Source: a virus
Lineage: Duplodnaviria > Caudoviricetes
DNA length: 59,655 nt
Strand: one strand, 5' to 3'
IMG/VR virus record: IMGVR_UViG_3300011113_000105
Location: 1 to 59,655 of that record
Part shown: piece by piece, positions 37,557 to 46,052 of the stretch
Position numbering within the stretch: the first letter of the stretch is position 1
Layout: each line of letters opens with the position of its first letter
Translations under genes and position numbers: made by a program
Notes under the pieces: generated by a model
What the model saw: only the letters and a program-made list of their open reading frames with translations
Database searches by the model: none
Told to the model about the DNA's origin: nothing

Positions 37557-38143
37557 TTGTAGTTAATGAATTTGGCAATAGAGATTCTGTATGCGCCTTC
37601 TTGCCCCTTCACAGGATTTGCTCCGTGCATAGTGCATCCGTGAAACAAAACCAACCTGTTTGGTTTTGGCTCTATTACTACATCATGCTCTGAAAATATA
37701 AACTCTCCCCCGCCTATATTTCCAATACAGTCAAACCAAACTGCCGATAATATCGAAGCATCGCGGTGTTGGTCATAGTATCCGCCATCGCTATAGTAAT
37801 TAACCAATGTAGTGTCTTTTGACGAGCACCGCAGATGAAGAAACGAGGAGTCTGTAGGTACGATCTGTTCGGCAAAACCTTGGCTAAATACTTTACTGAA
37901 ACCATTTAGTATGTCGGATTTGCTTCTGTCGCTGCTATAAAGGTCATCTAAAAATACGCCATCGCCGTTTTTCTTAAACTCCTTGTTTTCGTATCTTGCG
38001 GCAGATGTAAACTCTGGCTTATTTGCAAAACGCTTTATATCAAGAAGTTCTTTTTGTATTTTTGCGTATTCTTCGGGCGTAAAAAAATTATCCGCAACGA
38101 CATATGTCAGCGAATTTTTTCTCAAGACCCGCAAGTCCATCAT
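37553..38143 (-). CDS. 2OG-Fe(II) oxygenase (prolyl-4-hydroxylase-like)
   Basis: YYDQHRD, GGEF, MHGANPV, RISI; visibly AT-richer than flanks. Confidence 0.85.
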   Translation of the reverse strand: MMDLRVLRKNSLTYVVADNFFTPEEYAKIQKELLDIKRFANKPEFTSAARYENKEFKKNGDGVFLDDLYSSDRSKSDILNGFSKVFSQGFAEQIVPTDSSFLHLRCSSKDTTLVNYYSDGGYYDQHRDASILSAVWFDCIGNIGGGEFIFSEHDVVIEPKPNRLVLFHGCTMHGANPVKGQEGAYRISIAKFINYK

Positions 38144-38526
38144 TCTGGAACTTTAGGCCACTGGATTGCGTCAGGGAATCCGGGCTGAAGACGAATCTCT
38201 CGCAAAGCACGCCGATACTCAACCCATGCAGCCTTGATGCCTGAAGTCATGGGCACATCCGGCAGCATCGACCAGTCCGACTCGGCCAGCATTTTCTTGG
38301 CGCGATCCCAGGCGAGGTCGCCCGCAGACGATGTTGCGGGGCCAGAGGGCGCATCGCCCACCTCAACCCAACCCATGTCGTTGTAGGCTTCGCCCAACCA
38401 CGCCAGATCACCGATCTGATCGATGAAGCCGTGAAGGCCAAAGATCGGCCCCCAGTTTTCAGGCAGGGGTTGCGGCTCGTTTAGCGCGCTTCCGTCCGAC
38501 AGTTTTTTGAGTTGCCACAGTTTCAT
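38140..38526 (-). CDS. Tail fibre assembly chaperone
   Basis: LAESDWSMLPDVP...W.EYRRALREI..QPGFP..IQWP..P. Confidence 0.8.
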   Translation of the reverse strand: MKLWQLKKLSDGSALNEPQPLPENWGPIFGLHGFIDQIGDLAWLGEAYNDMGWVEVGDAPSGPATSSAGDLAWDRAKKMLAESDWSMLPDVPMTSGIKAAWVEYRRALREIRLQPGFPDAIQWPKVPE

Positions 38527-38980
38527 TTTCCGGCTCCTTCTTTTGAGCACCACCATTCACATACACATACTCTTTTTGGGCAAGATTATGTGCAACTGTT
38601 GCTTCGGCTTGCGCCTGATCAAATCCTGATGCGCCAAGTTGCTGAAACACCGCCATGTCGTTTACAAACGGAACATGCCCATTAAGATGTTTCTTTTCTG
38701 CCTCACTGACGCGCCACTCGCGCCAACTTGCAAAATCTTGACGGGGTTTAAGCGCAATGTGGCATCCGACATTTGCTGCCAACTGATGGATTAGTTCGAC
38801 AACCTCCACGGGCTGCATAGGCGTCCACAAAACAGAACCGTCATTTCCGCGCATCATCAATTCGGTTGTTCCACCAAAACAAGTGCCAACCGTAACAGAC
38901 CGAGCGCGGTTAAGAGACGACTCAAAGTTCGCCTCGTCCTGTTTGCGCTGAATCTCTTGAAGTTTCTTCTCGTGTGTCAT
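38459..38980 (-). CDS. Hypothetical protein in fibre module
   Basis: ATGA-coupled to the Gly-rich gene; RARSVTVGTCFGGTTE. Confidence 0.65.
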   Translation of the reverse strand: MTHEKKLQEIQRKQDEANFESSLNRARSVTVGTCFGGTTELMMRGNDGSVLWTPMQPVEVVELIHQLAANVGCHIALKPRQDFASWREWRVSEAEKKHLNGHVPFVNDMAVFQQLGASGFDQAQAEATVAHNLAQKEYVYVNGGAQKKEPENETVATQKTVGRKRAKRAATPA

Positions 38981-39999
38981 TGCGGATTCCAACTTATGAC
39001 AACCTGCCCACCGGGCGATCCTACAGAAATTGGATAACTTGCGCCGGGAGTAACCGCTCTACAGTTTGTGGTGCTTGGATTTGCAGCGGATCCGGCATTA
39101 CCTGAAGTGCCGGGGTTTCCAGCGTTGCCACGACCACCGCCACCGCCTCCAGGGCCGTAATAATTAAACGGAGAAGAACCGGCGCCACCGCCACTGCCTG
39201 CTCTGTTGGCGTTTGCCTTTCTGCCCGTCGGCCAAGAAGTAAAACACGGTGCCTGACCGCACCCAAAGCCTCCCCCACCGCCGCCGCCAGGAGTGCCACC
39301 AGCACCACCGGTATTTTGCGGGGGGGTATTGGGATAAGGGCAGTTTTTTGTGCTGCCATTATTACAAATTCCGGCACCTCCGCCGCCAAAACCAAGTTTC
39401 CAAGAGGCCAGGGGGCATGTCGTTTGGCTCGCCGTAGTGCCCGCACCTCCCCCATTTCCGCCAGCCCCCCCGGGCTGGGTGTTGTAGTTCTGGATAGAAC
39501 TTGGGCACGGGCAAGCAAGGTTGGTAGTGGAGTTGCCTCCGGCACTACCCGTCGTTCCTTTTGAGCCGCCACTACCCGCAGCAGCGCCATTTCCTGCCGC
39601 CCCTCCGGGGAATGTTAAGCAAAACCCAGTAGATGCGTTGCCCGCATTTCCGGGGTTACCTGCTGATCCGGGGTTGCCGTCAAGTCCCGATGGAGGAATA
39701 CCGCACTGTAAAAAGCCGCCAACTCCGACAGGCCCATTTCGAGTGCCGCCCTGACCATTGCACGGACAGTAAGGCGAAACAAAAAAACCAAAGCCTCCGC
39801 TGCCACCTCTACCACCTGATCCTGCGTTTCCGGCGTTACTGGAATTCCCCGGATTACCAGACCCGCCTTTACCAGTAACATTAATCCTGCTTACACCAAC
39901 AGGCACAGTAAATGTGCCGGGTGAATTAAAAGTTTGCGTGCCGCCGGGGACAATTGACTTGCCACCGAACAGCGCAACTTTAGGTGTTCCTGCTGGCAT
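38977..39999 (-). CDS. Glycine-rich fibre-tip / adhesin-like protein
   Basis: TFNSPGTFTVP.GV..I.V start and VTPG.SYPISVG...G.VVISW end of a Gly-rich domain; G-X-Y runs, 4 GNPG, 12 Cys. Confidence 0.7.
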   Translation of the reverse strand: MPAGTPKVALFGGKSIVPGGTQTFNSPGTFTVPVGVSRINVTGKGGSGNPGNSSNAGNAGSGGRGGSGGFGFFVSPYCPCNGQGGTRNGPVGVGGFLQCGIPPSGLDGNPGSAGNPGNAGNASTGFCLTFPGGAAGNGAAAGSGGSKGTTGSAGGNSTTNLACPCPSSIQNYNTQPGGAGGNGGGAGTTASQTTCPLASWKLGFGGGGAGICNNGSTKNCPYPNTPPQNTGGAGGTPGGGGGGGFGCGQAPCFTSWPTGRKANANRAGSGGGAGSSPFNYYGPGGGGGGRGNAGNPGTSGNAGSAANPSTTNCRAVTPGASYPISVGSPGGQVVISWNPQ

Positions 40000-40589
40000 T
40001 ATTGGCTCCTTGTACCTGAATCGTACCCATATGCAGGGCGTTTATCTTTGGCGTGGTCTGCATTAGGGCCGTTTTTGTCCACATAATGCAGCATGAACTG
40101 CACATTGAGTTGCCCGTCTTTAAGCGGCTGCCGCCAGTGCGTCACATCACAGCCCAGGTAGATCACAGCATCGCCAGGGTTCAGCACATGTTTTTCGGGG
40201 TCGTTTTGCCCATATTGTGTATAAACCGGGGAAAACTCACCTTTAGTGGCTACATTGATCGTGACACTGACTTCGCAGGCAGGTCGATCAACATGCTGTT
40301 TCAGTTTCTCTCCCGGCTGATAGATGCGAGAGTACGAATATGTCGGGATGAGTTCTCTGCCCGTAGCGTCTTCTACAGATTCCTTACTTGCCTCAAGCAA
40401 AACTTCGATTAAAGGATCGGCGTAATACGCATACCTAGAGGTCGGATCGCCTTCTTTAGCGGCTTCTTTCCACTCGCCCCTACGAATCTTGTTTTCAAAG
40501 TATCTTGAAACAACAGCAATAGTTTGTTCGTCAATAAAATTCCTGACGAGAACGCAGCCGTGTTTTTCAAAGTGTTCTGCATCAGTCAT
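39999..40589 (-). CDS. 2OG-Fe(II) oxygenase-like protein
   Basis: PTYSYSRIY..G..L..HVDRPACEVSVT, GDAVIY.GC...HWR, QFMLHYV. Confidence 0.8.
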   Translation of the reverse strand: MTDAEHFEKHGCVLVRNFIDEQTIAVVSRYFENKIRRGEWKEAAKEGDPTSRYAYYADPLIEVLLEASKESVEDATGRELIPTYSYSRIYQPGEKLKQHVDRPACEVSVTINVATKGEFSPVYTQYGQNDPEKHVLNPGDAVIYLGCDVTHWRQPLKDGQLNVQFMLHYVDKNGPNADHAKDKRPAYGYDSGTRSQ

Positions 40590-41178
40590 AGTAAAACCAT
40601 CCTGTCACGATGTACTTTGATGTATTGCCAAGTACCGTATTCCCGCGATGCGTGTGCGTATACGCAGCAGGCCAAATAATCATGGTGTTGGCTTCAGGGC
40701 GCAAACGAAGGCGTTGATACAGAAACTCGGTTTCCCCACCGTCCTGTTCGCCAAGATCGTTTAGGTACAACATGTAAACAAGCACGCGCTCGGCATGTTC
40801 CTTATTACCTTGCTCGGCGTGCCATACATGGTATCCGCCGCCAGGATCAGTACGCTGCATCTTCATGGCCGTACCGTGTATTTTGGCGTCTTTCAATACC
40901 GAAAACTGTTCTGTGTATTGGTCATAACATTGTTGAAGACCATTAAAGAACACGCGAGTAGCGGGCGTATCGTTGAAATCAGCAGCGTTATGAGCGCCAA
41001 AGTTTAGGCCCAACTGCATGTCGTTTTTGCGGTGCTTAGGCGCACCTTCCCCGCGCTGGCGATTTACACCTGCGCCTGACTCAACAAGCCGCTCAAACTC
41101 GTTGATCAAGTGTTGGCAATAACCTTCCGGGTACACATCCCGATAGATGCCAATGAACTCTTTGTATTCGGTGTTCAT
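40582..41178 (-). CDS. 2OG-Fe(II) oxygenase
   Basis: GGGYHVWHAE, YLND..GGETEFLYQ, THTHRGN, KYIVTGW. Confidence 0.88.
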   Translation of the reverse strand: MNTEYKEFIGIYRDVYPEGYCQHLINEFERLVESGAGVNRQRGEGAPKHRKNDMQLGLNFGAHNAADFNDTPATRVFFNGLQQCYDQYTEQFSVLKDAKIHGTAMKMQRTDPGGGYHVWHAEQGNKEHAERVLVYMLYLNDLGEQDGGETEFLYQRLRLRPEANTMIIWPAAYTHTHRGNTVLGNTSKYIVTGWFYYD

Positions 41179-41762
41179 TTGAAGGGCGGGCCTGAAACCC
41201 AAGCAACAAGGGATTGACGGCTACCGCTTGTCACGGGGGTTACTTGGTGGAGTACATACGAAGGGAATGCTGCCACCAGACCCCGCTGTTTGCGAACGGT
41301 TTGCGGCTGACCACCAGTAGTTACTTGGAGGTTTCCCCCCTCGTACTGGCTCGGGTCGGTCAGTTGAAGTACCAGACTGAGTTTCCGGCTTATGTTTATC
41401 CTGCCCCCATAATCCACATGCCATCCGTACATCCCCTGTTCTGATTGATCGTAGTTGGTCAACTGAATCGGCTCACCAAATCCAGTCAGGTCAAACCGGT
41501 AGTATTGGGCATTGAGAGATGAAGCAATATGCCCCAGTTTCTCAAAAACCCAAGCGGTGTCTTGCGTCTTGTTGAGCCAAGATAACTGAGAGCGCCTGAT
41601 TTTTTTAAGCGCCTCTTGTTCTACACCGCCCCCAACCTGCGCCTGTTGCTCGGCCTTCTGCGCCTGCTCTTGGAGCCAGTTCAGTTCCTGCTCCGTGAAG
41701 CCGCCTTCCCACCAAACAAACGGCTCAACAGGCATGGCATAAGGCGTCAGCAGGTGCTGCAC
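41175..41762 (-). CDS. 2OG-Fe(II) oxygenase (PKHD/prolyl-hydroxylase-like)
   Basis: YGWHVD, RKLSLVLQL, YEGGNL, FPSYVLHQVTPVTSGSRQSLVAW; GTG start at 41762 with AAGGAG RBS. Confidence 0.9.
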   Translation of the reverse strand: MQHLLTPYAMPVEPFVWWEGGFTEQELNWLQEQAQKAEQQAQVGGGVEQEALKKIRRSQLSWLNKTQDTAWVFEKLGHIASSLNAQYYRFDLTGFGEPIQLTNYDQSEQGMYGWHVDYGGRINISRKLSLVLQLTDPSQYEGGNLQVTTGGQPQTVRKQRGLVAAFPSYVLHQVTPVTSGSRQSLVAWVSGPPFK

Positions 41763-42340
41763 GGGCGCTCCTTGTGTGACACGATGAAGTGAATGCACCG
41801 TGTTGGGGTGTCGGCATTGCTGCCGGTGAGTTGATGCTGCATCCACGAGTTTGCAAACATGACCGACCCCGGCACCATGTTGTTGAAGTGGATGTTGTTG
41901 GTGGCGTTGCTGACCTCTTCGCCCTGCACAAAGTCCAGTTCGATCATGGACTTGTTCATGCGGGTGTCGTGGTAGATAGGATATGCCCCACCTTGAGGCG
42001 TCTCCAAAAAGAACCAACCGCACATTTGGCTGTTCTTGTGGACATGCACATTCGTGCCGCCACCCCGGTTGACCTCCTGCGCCCACAGGCCGGAGAGGTA
42101 GAAGTCGTATCGGTCTACCGCGTAGCCTTGCCCCCGTAAAAGGTCTACGGCTGACAGAAGAATGTAGTTTGCCACTTCCTGCAAGGCAGGCTCGTGCCCA
42201 AGATGCGCGGACTGACACATCGGCCAATCGGGCTTGCGTACCTGATCCAAGTATTGGATGCATGTCGGCAGAACCTTCTCAGCCAAGTCGGGCCGCTCAT
42301 CTCGGTAGACGATTGCCGGGAAGTAGGCAAAGCCTTGCAT
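41747..42340 (-). CDS. Putative 2OG-Fe(II) oxygenase (HxH, TIGR02466-like)
   Basis: W......G....HVHKNS..CG.FFL, Y.D.R, PG...F.NSWMQH, R.IHF. Confidence 0.78.
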   Translation of the reverse strand: MQGFAYFPAIVYRDERPDLAEKVLPTCIQYLDQVRKPDWPMCQSAHLGHEPALQEVANYILLSAVDLLRGQGYAVDRYDFYLSGLWAQEVNRGGGTNVHVHKNSQMCGWFFLETPQGGAYPIYHDTRMNKSMIELDFVQGEEVSNATNNIHFNNMVPGSVMFANSWMQHQLTGSNADTPTRCIHFIVSHKERPCSTC

Positions 42341-42573
42341 CAGGCGTCAATGTGGGCTTCAAGCGCAGCAGCAAAAGCGGCAATGTCAGCAGCAGTCACA
42401 TCACGAGCATCCACAGGCTTGCTGCGGGCATTCTCGATCAGGGTTTCCTTCGCCAGACGCACGGCTTCCAAACGGGCACGGCGCTTGTCCATAGCCAGTT
42501 CATGGGCGCGGCGACCTGCTTCTTGCGCTTCTTGCAGTTCAATCTGTGCTTGTTGTTCAGCGGTCAGGGCCAT
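42340..42573 (-). CDS. Small helical protein
   Basis: RLEAVRLAKETLIEN; AAGGAG RBS. Confidence 0.7.
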   Translation of the reverse strand: MALTAEQQAQIELQEAQEAGRRAHELAMDKRRARLEAVRLAKETLIENARSKPVDARDVTAADIAAFAAALEAHIDA

Positions 42574-42588
42574 TTTTCACTCCTTGAG

Positions 42589-44139
42589 TTAAGCCTTCAT
42601 ATCCTTCATGGCGATATTGCCGTACCAAGTCGTGCCGCCGTTGGGGGTGAAGAACACCCACACATCGACTGCGTTCGCCGTGGTGGTGCGAGACAGACTG
42701 GCTGCCCCGCCAGGGAAAACAAATGAACCGCCAGACCAAGCCACAGTTCTACCGGCAGTTCCATCGTTCGTCAAGATCAATGTAAACGAAGATGACCCCG
42801 TGGCGATGGGGTTGGACAGGGTGAATGTGCAGTTGCCGGTCAGCGTGGCCGTGAAGACATTCGCGTTCTGGAGGTTGATCGTGGTAGCCGTGCCAGTGTT
42901 ACCCAGAGCAGATACCGTGTCAGCGTAGGCAACAGGTTGCGTGAAGCCTGCTGCGGTGATGGTAGCGCGGGTAGTGCTGTTGGTTCTGAGCGTTACAACC
43001 CCTGATGCACCATCTGCATAAATTCGTGTTTCGCCCGAAGTTGCACCGTTGCCAAATCCCACAAGATCAGTGGTTGAAAGAATAAACGCAACTGCACCCG
43101 ATCCTTGCCGGAAATACCCAACAGCATTGCCAGTTGCCGATGGTGTTTCAACTTGCAATCGATAAGCAGGCGAACTCGTCCCAATGCCAAGACCTGTGGA
43201 GGTCAGGCGCATTTGTTCGGTGCCGGAAACCGTAGTGTTGTTTGCCGCTGTCATCCACGCATGGAAAGTGGCTGCCGTCTGAGAACTAGACCCTCCACCA
43301 TAAAAAACAGCGTTATCTGTAGATGTACTGTATGGGTACATCACCAAGAAATTGGGCTGCGCATTTGTGTAATGCCGGAGAAGAAATTTTCCTTCTTTGG
43401 TTGTTGCGTTTGTTTCGTTTGATGACAGACGAAATTGATTATCGGCACCACCAACAATATCCACCCGAGCGGCTACCGTAGTGGCCCCAACCCCCAAATT
43501 GTTTCCGTCAAAAGTCAGGTTGGCCGAGGAGCCAATTGCGCTTGTGGACGAAGCGTAGAAAACCCGGTTGGCTGTAAACGAAGTCAGGCCCGTACCGCCG
43601 TTGGTGGTAGCAAGCGTTCCCGCGAGGGTCACTGCGCCAGAGGTGGCAGAAGACGGGGTGAAGCCCGTGGTGCCTGCGCTGAATGTCGTCACGCCGTCAG
43701 CCGTGCTTGTGGCGATCTTGACGAAATCACTGCCGTTCCAAGCAACAACTGCACGCTCACCGGACTCAAGCGTCACACCCGTGGTCGGGCCTGCGCCGAC
43801 CAACTTAACCTGCTGAGAAGTCGAGGTGGCGTTGATGACGATGTAGGGCTTGCTTGCCGCAGGAGCCGTGATCGTCAACAGGCTTGCCGGGTTGCCGGTG
43901 CAGTTGATGATGCTGTACTGAGACGAGCCTGTGGCCCCGGAACCCGCCTGGGTCAAGGCTGATCCGGTTGTCTTGCTCAGGGTTACCGCAGTCTGGCTGC
44001 CGCTGATGGTCTGGGTTCCCGCTACAGCGCCGTCAAGGTAGTTGGTGATGTAGTCGTTGACCGTGTCGCCCCAGACGCCGGAGAGTTCTCCCGTGACCGG
44101 CAGGGCAAGACCCAAAAGGGAGGTGTATGAGGTGGGCAT
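42589..44139 (-). CDS. Tail fibre protein
   Basis: N-terminal LGLALP.TGELSG.WG..VN; T/S/G-rich; GLGIGTSSP repeat; C-terminal ATLTGNCTFTLSNP...GGTTWYG. Confidence 0.8.
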   Translation of the reverse strand: MPTSYTSLLGLALPVTGELSGVWGDTVNDYITNYLDGAVAGTQTISGSQTAVTLSKTTGSALTQAGSGATGSSQYSIINCTGNPASLLTITAPAASKPYIVINATSTSQQVKLVGAGPTTGVTLESGERAVVAWNGSDFVKIATSTADGVTTFSAGTTGFTPSSATSGAVTLAGTLATTNGGTGLTSFTANRVFYASSTSAIGSSANLTFDGNNLGVGATTVAARVDIVGGADNQFRLSSNETNATTKEGKFLLRHYTNAQPNFLVMYPYSTSTDNAVFYGGGSSSQTAATFHAWMTAANNTTVSGTEQMRLTSTGLGIGTSSPAYRLQVETPSATGNAVGYFRQGSGAVAFILSTTDLVGFGNGATSGETRIYADGASGVVTLRTNSTTRATITAAGFTQPVAYADTVSALGNTGTATTINLQNANVFTATLTGNCTFTLSNPIATGSSSFTLILTNDGTAGRTVAWSGGSFVFPGGAASLSRTTTANAVDVWVFFTPNGGTTWYGNIAMKDMKA

Positions 44140-44148
44140 CTAAGGCTC

Positions 44149-45021
44149 CTACGGTGTGGTGTCCACAGGCGTCCAACCGGCGCTCTGTGTGTTGCTGATA
44201 TTCTGCCAATTAGCGGTCTGGGTGTCATCAATGACTTCCCAGTATCGCCTTCCAGTAATGCTGTCCGTGGCCGTTGCAAGTTCGCTGATACTGGCGAAGA
44301 ACCGGGCCTCTGCTGACTGTGCGTCTGATCCTGTAGCGGTTTCTGTTACTGCCGCTTGGACATCGTGGTTGGTGCTGACCTGATCCGTCCCCGTGGCAGA
44401 TTCAGAAACTGCACCCTGTATTTCTTGATTTGCACTTACTGCGTCTGTTCCAGTGGCTGTCTCCGAGACATCACTGTAGAAGGCAAACGCGGCAGCGGTT
44501 TCGTCAGACCCAGTAGCCGTTTCAGAAATGTCCGAAGCAAAAGACTGCTGCGCGGCAAGGCTGTCCGATCCAGTGGCTGTCTCAGAAACTGCAACCCCAT
44601 ACTCCGGGGAAGAGGCCGTGGCGTCAGTTCCTGTTGCCGTCTCTGACAGAGCAACGCCCAAAGAACCGTTTGCCGCCGTTGCATCTGAGGCGGAGGCCGA
44701 ATCTTCTACCTGAGACAGAAGACTGCCATTTGCTTCGGTTGCGTCTGTCCCGGTCGCGGTTTCGCTGACTTCAGGATTAGTGGACGCCCCTGCGGATATT
44801 GCGTCCGTCCCAGTAGCGGATTCTGCTACCGCAACACCAAACGCTGCATCTGCGGCAATCGCATCTGAGCCGGTTGCAGTCTCCGCTACATCGTTGTAGT
44901 AGGCCCGTGCGGAGTCAATGGCATCTGAGCCGGTTGCAGACTCAGATACCGAATTGTCGTAAACGGAGTCACCCCAACCGGCTTGACCCCATGTACCGGA
45001 ACCCCATCCGCCGTCTGCCAC
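44149..45021 (-). CDS. Acidic 20-aa tandem-repeat virion protein
   Basis: 12 copies of (V/I/L)(S/A/T)E(T/S)ATG(S/T)D at a 20-aa period; WG-rich N-terminus. Confidence 0.75.
   Translation of the reverse strand: MADGGWGSGTWGQAGWGDSVYDNSVSESATGSDAIDSARAYYNDVAETATGSDAIAADAAFGVAVAESATGTDAISAGASTNPEVSETATGTDATEANGSLLSQVEDSASASDATAANGSLGVALSETATGTDATASSPEYGVAVSETATGSDSLAAQQSFASDISETATGSDETAAAFAFYSDVSETATGTDAVSANQEIQGAVSESATGTDQVSTNHDVQAAVTETATGSDAQSAEARFFASISELATATDSITGRRYWEVIDDTQTANWQNISNTQSAGWTPVDTTP
44260..44950. repeat. Degenerate 60-nt coding tandem repeat, about 12 units
   Basis: For example GCATCTGAGCCGGTTGCAG at 60-nt spacing (about 44861 and 44921). Confidence 0.8.
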
Positions 45022-45030
45022 AACTCATCC

Positions 45031-45612
45031 TTAACCGGCGAGGCTAAAGGTGTAGGTCACATTCAGAATGTCGCCAGAAACCACCGAGCGATCGCCAGGA
45101 GCGGAGAAGTCAGCAGCCGAGAACAGCGTGCCGGTCGTGCCACCCTTGGTGTTGTTGGAGGTCAGGAACGCGCCGCCAACCGTGGTCGTACCGTTGATCG
45201 AAAACACTGCCTTGCTTGCGGTGTTGGTCACCACAGAAGGATTGGCGTTCGTGGCGGAAGCAAAGGTCGCAGCAGGACGGGTGCTTTCACTGTATGCGGT
45301 CACTTCAGTCCAACCACCGTGGGTAGCCATCGTGTCACCGGCAGAGGGGCTGTTGGATGCAGCAGCGCCGTACAGACCCAGATACCAAGTGGTGATCTGA
45401 GCCGTTGAGGTCAGAGCAGAACCTGCCATGTACTGGAGGCCCACATTGACCACGAGATTGGGCGTCTCAGCAACCCACTTGAGGTTGCCGTCCTTGTCGT
45501 AGCACTCAACGGTGTACTTGCCCGTGGCCTTGGCACCTTCGGAGGCACCCGTGTTTGCAACCAGACCGCTTGCCGCGATGTCGGTGGCTTTTGCTTTTTC
45601 AATCGAGGACAT
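45031..45612 (-). CDS. Virion structural protein (beta-rich)
   Basis: KW....NLVVNVG, WYLGL, W.E...Y....R, GAFL, GTLFSAADF, L.VTY; GGAG RBS at ATG 45612. Confidence 0.7.
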   Translation of the reverse strand: MSSIEKAKATDIAASGLVANTGASEGAKATGKYTVECYDKDGNLKWVAETPNLVVNVGLQYMAGSALTSTAQITTWYLGLYGAAASNSPSAGDTMATHGGWTEVTAYSESTRPAATFASATNANPSVVTNTASKAVFSINGTTTVGGAFLTSNNTKGGTTGTLFSAADFSAPGDRSVVSGDILNVTYTFSLAG

Positions 45613-45620
45613 GATGACTC

Positions 45621-46052
45621 CTATGCAATACGAATGATCGCGTTGGTGTTGTTTGCAGTTGGGAACTGCACTTGAAAACTTGTAGTTGCTGTCTTGTCGC
45701 CACCGAAGTCCAGCACGCACACCGTGGGGTTTCCACCGCCTACTTTGTAGATAAGCGCGCCACGGCATGTAAATGATGCCGGGTTCCAGGTCACGTTAGC
45801 GAACGACAAGTAAGCGACCGTATCCGAAAGAATAGGTCCAATGGTCGGTGCAGTGGTAACCGTCAACACTTCGCCACCCGCCGCATAGCCAGTGCCAGAT
45901 GTTTCGCCAGAGGTGGTGTAAACCAACGTAGTCGGTCCAAGATTGGCCGCGCCCGTGTAGAGCGCGATCTTGAACGTGTCCGTGTTGAAGTTGAACGTGC
46001 CATCAGCAAGCCCGACTTTGAACGCGTTGGTGGCACCCTGTTGGATTGGCAT
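45621..46052 (-). CDS. Virion structural protein
   Basis: DTFKIALYT, GTGY.AGG..L, RGALIY, VLDFG.DK, AIIRI. Confidence 0.7.
   Translation of the reverse strand: MPIQQGATNAFKVGLADGTFNFNTDTFKIALYTGAANLGPTTLVYTTSGETSGTGYAAGGEVLTVTTAPTIGPILSDTVAYLSFANVTWNPASFTCRGALIYKVGGGNPTVCVLDFGGDKTATTSFQVQFPTANNTNAIIRIA

Noticed and set aside
41763-42263. 167-aa N-terminal extension of the 41175 oxygenase, suggesting a fusion or overprint
   Set aside because: It overlaps another oxygenase gene in a different frame; a GTG with AAGGAG at 41762 gives a normal-sized enzyme.
38977-44139. Diversity-generating retroelement or invertible cassette acting on fibre genes
   Set aside because: No reverse transcriptase, recombinase, template/variable repeat pair or flanking inverted repeats found by eye.
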